Source of the DNA: Gammaproteobacteria bacterium
GTDB lineage: Bacteria > Pseudomonadota > Gammaproteobacteria > Steroidobacterales > Rariloculaceae
NCBI GenBank assembly: GCA_050485645.1
Contig: JBJHBT010000004.1
Location: 54,220 to 118,219 of the forward strand
Direction of reading: 5' to 3'
Length of the DNA stretch: 64,000 bases
The translations under genes and the position numbers were made by a program. This document shows positions 59,209 to 64,000 of the stretch, in pieces. How positions within the stretch are numbered: the stretch's first letter is position 1; each line of letters opens with the position of its first letter. The notes below the pieces were generated by a model, which worked only from the letters and a program-made list of their open reading frames with translations, did not search any database and was not told the origin of the DNA.

Positions 59209-61860
59209 ATGCGCTTACGTCTTCGTTTTTTTCATATTTCATTACTCGCCACAGCCTTTGTAACCGTCAGCGCCCAGGCGCAGAACGCGATCAGCGATGG
59301 CAACTGGTCTGATTCGTCGATCTGGTCTGGTGGGCATGCCCCGCGAGCTGGCGACATCGTCACTATTGGCGAAGGCATGGACGTAGTTCTCGACGTCAGC
59401 CCGCCGGCGCTGCTTGGTCTGTCCATCGACGGCAGACTCACCTTTTCGAACGATGTCGACCTGGAACTGACCACTGAGTGGGTCATGCTGCACGGGGAAC
59501 TGACCATCGGCACGGAAGCCAACCGCCACACACGCAACGCGACCATCACCCTGACCGACGAAATCAAGGGTGAAAACATCATGGGTGGCATGGGGGACCG
59601 CGGGATCATGATCTCCGGCGGAACCCTGAGCCTGCACGGTGACCGGACGAATTCCTGGACCAATCTGGCCAGGACAGCCGAAGCAGGCAGCAGCTCCATC
59701 GAAGTCCTGAATGCCGCTGAATGGCGGGTGGGTGATCAGATTGTGCTCGCGTCGACGGATTTCGATCCCAGGCAGGCGGAGCGGCGCACCATTGCCGCCA
59801 TCAGCGGCAATACGATCACGCTGGACGAGCCGCTTCAGTACATGCATTTCGGTGAAATCACGTATGACGTGGATCAGCGTGGCGAAGTGGGCCTGCTGAC
59901 CCGAAACATCAAAATCAATGCGTCCGCAGATGCGGAAGAGTCGTACTTCGGCGGCCACATCATGGCGATGCCGGGCAGCCGGATGCATGTCGACGGCGTC
60001 GAGCTGCATCGCATGGGACAGCACATGGAGCTGGCGCGCTATCCGATTCACTGGCATCTGGTCGGTCACGGCGGAGAGGGTCAGTACATCAGGAATTCGG
60101 CCATCCATGACACCTTCAACCGCTGCGTGACCGTACACGGCACACACAATCTGCGAATCGAAAACAACGTGACCTACAACACCGTGGGCCACTGTTTCTT
60201 CCTCGAAGACGGCATCGAGACCGGTAACGAATTCGTCAGGAACCTGGCGATCCAGACCAAATGCCATCCGACGAGGGAATGCGTGCCGACCAACCTGGCC
60301 GCAAACGGCGAGATCGATGCCGAAAATCCTGGGGCTCTCAGGCAGATGAGCTTTTCCGGCGAGCATACCCTGCTGCCATCCGACAACACGGTGGCGTCGT
60401 ACTGGATCACGAACCCGGACAATAGTTACATTGACAACGTGGCCGCCGGTTCTGATCAGACCGGCTTCTGGTTTTCCGTGCCGGAGCACCCGAACGGCGA
60501 GTTCCTGGGCACCGAAATCAGCCGCAACACCTGGCCGCGCCGAACGCCGGTGCGCGAGTTCAGGGGCAACGTGGCCCATTCCAACTTCGACGGGTTCATG
60601 ATCGACCGGCACATCTTCGAAGATAACACCTTCGGTCTGGCCACCATCCCGTTGCTGCCGTTGGCAGATCCTACCGATCTGGAGAGCGAAGTGTTGGAGA
60701 CGCACTTCGAGAACCTGACCGCCTACAAGAACCGCAATGGTGGTCTCTGGGGCCGGGGCGATCTCTACGTATACAGCAACCTGAAACTCGCTGACAATGC
60801 CATTGGCATGACGCAGGCCGCTGGCGACATCGGCAGCCTGCCGTTCAGTTCACGGCTGGTTGATTCGCTGGTCGTGGGCGAGACCGATAATATCGGCAAT
60901 CCCACGACGCCGGAGGAAATCGCCTATGGCCGTAGCCTGCCAAAGCCTTCAATACCGGATTTCCCCATCCGCGGCTACGAATACTACGATTACCGCGATG
61001 ATGTGGTGAACACGACATTCGTGAATTTCCAGGACAATGAGCTGCGAAAGACAGGCGCGCTTTCCTTCCTGCTGTTCACGAGCGCGGGCTTAAGTGCCGG
61101 AAGCACCATCGAGGGTGCGCAATTCGTCAACGCCAAGCCGGTCTATTTTCCGAAGTTCGATCCCCGCTTCGATAATGATAACCGCGGCGGCGACGCATAT
61201 CGGACCCTGTCGTTCCGCGACCTGGACGGCTCGGTGACCGGCATCCCCGACTCCCAGGTGCTGCTTCACGATGGCGAGCATGACAGCGTCGTCACTGACG
61301 ACAGCTGCGAGATTCATCCCTCCTGGAACGCCGCTGTGTGCACGGGTGATATCGGTCGCCTGAATCTCTCCGACAGCAGAGGAGAACTTCCAGCCGCAGT
61401 CGATCTCGAATCGCGTACCGCGCGCTTCGCTTTGCTCGCTTCGATCGGTCCGAATGCTCCAGACACTCCCCTCGTTCAGGCCCAGCGTGCCGCTCTGTTC
61501 TCTCGTTCTGCTCCGCAGGCACCTATCGCGCTTGTTCGCAATGGCAAGGAATTCAAGATCTTTGGCGACCAGAGCACTGTGAAAGCCGGCACCGAGATCC
61601 AGGTGAAAACCGAAAGGCAGGAAGTCACTCTCAGTCTGGCCGAAATGGACGAGGGCTCTTGGGTAATGTTCGAACTTCCGGGCTTCACCAACGCAGCCTC
61701 CGGAACCCAACAGCGCAGCATGGACGCATTGCGCCAGGCGAACGAGACCTCCTATTTCAACGACGGAGATACCATGTGGGTCAAGCTGGTGGCCGATGCT
61801 CCAGTCATGGAGGTCATTCGTCCAACGGATCTGCAAGCCAGTATAACGGTCAGCCGATAA
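59209..61860 (+). CDS. Secreted G8-domain beta-helix protein (CEMIP/TMEM2-like), copy 2
   Basis: Same motifs as copy 1; signal peptide ending AQA; GGGGAG RBS. Confidence 0.88.
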   Translation: MRLRLRFFHISLLATAFVTVSAQAQNAISDGNWSDSSIWSGGHAPRAGDIVTIGEGMDVVLDVSPPALLGLSIDGRLTFSNDVDLELTTEWVMLHGELTIGTEANRHTRNATITLTDEIKGENIMGGMGDRGIMISGGTLSLHGDRTNSWTNLARTAEAGSSSIEVLNAAEWRVGDQIVLASTDFDPRQAERRTIAAISGNTITLDEPLQYMHFGEITYDVDQRGEVGLLTRNIKINASADAEESYFGGHIMAMPGSRMHVDGVELHRMGQHMELARYPIHWHLVGHGGEGQYIRNSAIHDTFNRCVTVHGTHNLRIENNVTYNTVGHCFFLEDGIETGNEFVRNLAIQTKCHPTRECVPTNLAANGEIDAENPGALRQMSFSGEHTLLPSDNTVASYWITNPDNSYIDNVAAGSDQTGFWFSVPEHPNGEFLGTEISRNTWPRRTPVREFRGNVAHSNFDGFMIDRHIFEDNTFGLATIPLLPLADPTDLESEVLETHFENLTAYKNRNGGLWGRGDLYVYSNLKLADNAIGMTQAAGDIGSLPFSSRLVDSLVVGETDNIGNPTTPEEIAYGRSLPKPSIPDFPIRGYEYYDYRDDVVNTTFVNFQDNELRKTGALSFLLFTSAGLSAGSTIEGAQFVNAKPVYFPKFDPRFDNDNRGGDAYRTLSFRDLDGSVTGIPDSQVLLHDGEHDSVVTDDSCEIHPSWNAAVCTGDIGRLNLSDSRGELPAAVDLESRTARFALLASIGPNAPDTPLVQAQRAALFSRSAPQAPIALVRNGKEFKIFGDQSTVKAGTEIQVKTERQEVTLSLAEMDEGSWVMFELPGFTNAASGTQQRSMDALRQANETSYFNDGDTMWVKLVADAPVMEVIRPTDLQASITVSR

Positions 61861-61921
61861 GGAGTGGCTGACTACTCCTGCTGATAAACGAGACGCTGTT
61901 CGTGCCGAGATCCGGCGTCGT

Positions 61922-61960
61922 TGTTGATCTACTACCTGTAGGGTGAGATCGCGCTTCAGC
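61922..61960 (+). repeat. 39-bp direct repeat (att-like, right copy)
   Basis: Identical to 46744-46782. Confidence 0.9.
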
Positions 61961-62178
61961 TTGCGAGCAGTTACTCCCGGATCGTTGAGTTGCTGTATGA
62001 GGCTGATTCGTCAATTTGTCCGGTTCTGACCAGCGTACGTGGAGACGAAGCGTTGAGAGTGAGCAGGGTTCTCGCGGACCTTGACCTGTGTCAGTAGCGC
62101 CATCGACTTCGCTCGCGTCCGGCACGATTCCGCGGAATCGCCAACGCACCGCAACGGCGCAGGCTTCCCGCGCAACGC

Positions 62179-62380
62179 CTACCGCGCCATCGCCACCTTC
62201 TCGAACAGCGTAGGTGTGCGCCCCTGCGGGTCGTACTGTTGCTTCAGTTCCGCGTAGGCGGTGCCGTTGAAGCGAGGCCTTCGAACCAGGCAGTAGCAGC
62301 CGAGGCACTTCCCAGTCCTGGATCAGAGGCGCCAGGCCGCTGCGGTCGTCGCCGAGGTAATTCTCCTTCAAGCGGTTCTT
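62179..62380 (-). pseudogene. Relic of an FAD-binding oxidoreductase C-terminus
   Basis: Fragments LIQDWEVP and YAELKQQYDPQGRTPTLFEKV-stop lie in different frames. Confidence 0.45.
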
Positions 62381-62511
62381 AGGCGCCGCGTAGCGTGTGT
62401 GACAGCCCGAAATGCGGTAGCGCAACGGTGCAAACTGGCGGAACAGGCGGTGATCCGCCAGGACTGCCTGTGCTACCGAAGCCGATGGCGGTGTCTTGCA
62501 GTACGAGACCG

Positions 62512-63963
62512 TCAACATCCGGGACGCGCGGGCGCGCCCCGTAGCTGCTCGCCCGCGATGCGCTGCGTACGCTCGATGTGCCGGTCCACCACGCCTCGCG
62601 CTCGTAACGCGCCTTCGTCACTCGCCAGCTGTTCGAGGATGAGGTTCAGCTCCGGATCGCCCAGCGCCCCCGCGAGCCGCATCGCGTTCCACAGTACTGG
62701 CGCAGGCTGTTCCCCCTCCAGGCGAAATTCCGCAACGTGGCGAATGGACTCGCGCGACTCGGCCGAGAGGGGGTTCTCATCTTCTCGCTGGATCAGACAG
62801 GCAGCGACAAACAGCGCACCCTCGATGTCGGACGGGTAGGTCGCCGTCCTCGCTGCGTTCACGACGTGCGGCACCGCGCGGTCTCCGAACCCCGCGAGCG
62901 TGCGACGCGGGAGCGAGACCCCGGTACCGAGTGCTCTCGTCAGCGCGGCGATGAGCTGCTCCGGATCGTCCTCGCTGAGACGCGCCTCGACGCAGCCCGC
63001 CTCGATCTCGTCCAACTGCGCCAGCAGCGCCTCTTTCTCAGCCGCTGTGACACGGTTAAGGCTCTCGCGCAACTCGCGGACGCCCTCGCTAATACTTCCC
63101 CGTTCCAGCAGATACGGCGGCTCCATGGCGATCAGCGCGCAGTACCGGGTCGCGCGATCGACCAGGGCCGTCGCACGCGAGAGTGCTTCGCCGATATGTG
63201 CGCCAGAGGGCTGCCGCAACCAGTACTGCCTGTACGGATCCACCAGTATTCTCAGATGACACGCCGCCCAACATTCATCGACATTCATCGGCAGTTGCGC
63301 GGCCGTCCAGGCAATCTCCTCGGCGGCGTCCGAGTGCTCGTGCGCATCGTACAGATCCCAGAACAGCTCCCGCGGCACGAACCAGGTGCCGCCGAAAGTG
63401 CCGCGCAGCGTCTCGCCCTTGGCCAGCACCCAGGCCAGCTTGAGTGGATCGCGGTTCGCTACCTCCGCGGCCAGCCGGCGTCCCGCCTGGTCAGTGATCA
63501 TCAATCGACGCAACTGAAGCTGAGGCGAGGCGGAGACGGCATCGGCGAAGCCCACTGTCTGGAACAGGTTTTCGACCTCGACGTGCTCCTCGAACGACGC
63601 ATCGTCCCTGCCGAGCAACCGGTCGGCGATCACCAGCAACGAATCCCCGCGGTCCGCACTATCGAAGGGGTGGGTTAGAGAGCCGTGCGTCCAGCATCGG
63701 CCTGATCGGGGGTTGTACCAAATGCCGTCGTCCTGTCTGGATGACGGTGAGCCGAGAAAGAGTTCGCCGAGCCGCAGCGATGCCACCACCGGCGCTGCAA
63801 CGCTGGGTTCAGCGCGGCACACCACGTTCGTCGCGATCACGATCCGCATGGCGGTGCGCTCCTGGGCCTTCAGTGGCAGCGACGGGCCTGCGCCCAGGAG
63901 GATTGCTGCGGACAACGCACTAGACAGTCGCCACCATGACGCGAGCGGCTCAATCACCTGCAT
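62512..63963 (-). CDS. Exported hypothetical protein, SH3b-like N-terminus and helical repeats
   Basis: Signal-like region, NVVCRAEPSVAAPVVASL, helix-rich remainder. Confidence 0.7.
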   Translation of the reverse strand: MQVIEPLASWWRLSSALSAAILLGAGPSLPLKAQERTAMRIVIATNVVCRAEPSVAAPVVASLRLGELFLGSPSSRQDDGIWYNPRSGRCWTHGSLTHPFDSADRGDSLLVIADRLLGRDDASFEEHVEVENLFQTVGFADAVSASPQLQLRRLMITDQAGRRLAAEVANRDPLKLAWVLAKGETLRGTFGGTWFVPRELFWDLYDAHEHSDAAEEIAWTAAQLPMNVDECWAACHLRILVDPYRQYWLRQPSGAHIGEALSRATALVDRATRYCALIAMEPPYLLERGSISEGVRELRESLNRVTAAEKEALLAQLDEIEAGCVEARLSEDDPEQLIAALTRALGTGVSLPRRTLAGFGDRAVPHVVNAARTATYPSDIEGALFVAACLIQREDENPLSAESRESIRHVAEFRLEGEQPAPVLWNAMRLAGALGDPELNLILEQLASDEGALRARGVVDRHIERTQRIAGEQLRGAPARPGC

Positions 63964-64000
63964 GATCAGCGAACCTCCGACAGGGCTGTGTCCTGGTTGG

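Noticed and set aside
46800-62500. Integron cassette array
   Set aside because: No intI; only isolated GTTRRRY-like words (near 47070 and 56092) without paired attC boxes; genes lie on both strands

Overview
High-GC bacterial DNA, probably a gammaproteobacterium (inferred from a GlyGly-CTERM protein and the gene repertoire). All family names come from motif recognition, not database searches. 1-43 kb is mostly core or accessory metabolism: a kinase/HDOD signalling cluster, transporters, cspA, a MacAB-type pump, glcDEF facing an fba-cbbY-like-dhaL-dhaK-gph operon, glcB/glcG, degQ and a YejABEF-like ABC system. Embedded in it is an uncharacterised periplasmic cluster at 20.2-29.4 kb, with a satellite pair at 35.1-36.4 kb. 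It holds two exported PQQ dehydrogenases, His-His-N-terminal DUF6152-like proteins, three paralogous two-Cys partner proteins, a CxxCH lipoprotein cytochrome and a tandem DUF6644-like membrane pair. From 46.7 kb on the DNA is a mosaic island at the 3' end of an MrpD-like gene. That gene end recurs twice more, and a separate 59-278 bp repeat occurs three times with the same right-hand edge. Cargo includes a 10-Cys secreted miniprotein, a decayed toxin-antitoxin pair, a GlyGly-CTERM surface protein, two divergent CEMIP/TMEM2-like G8 proteins and several gene relics. No tRNA, rRNA, CRISPR array or intact integrase was seen.
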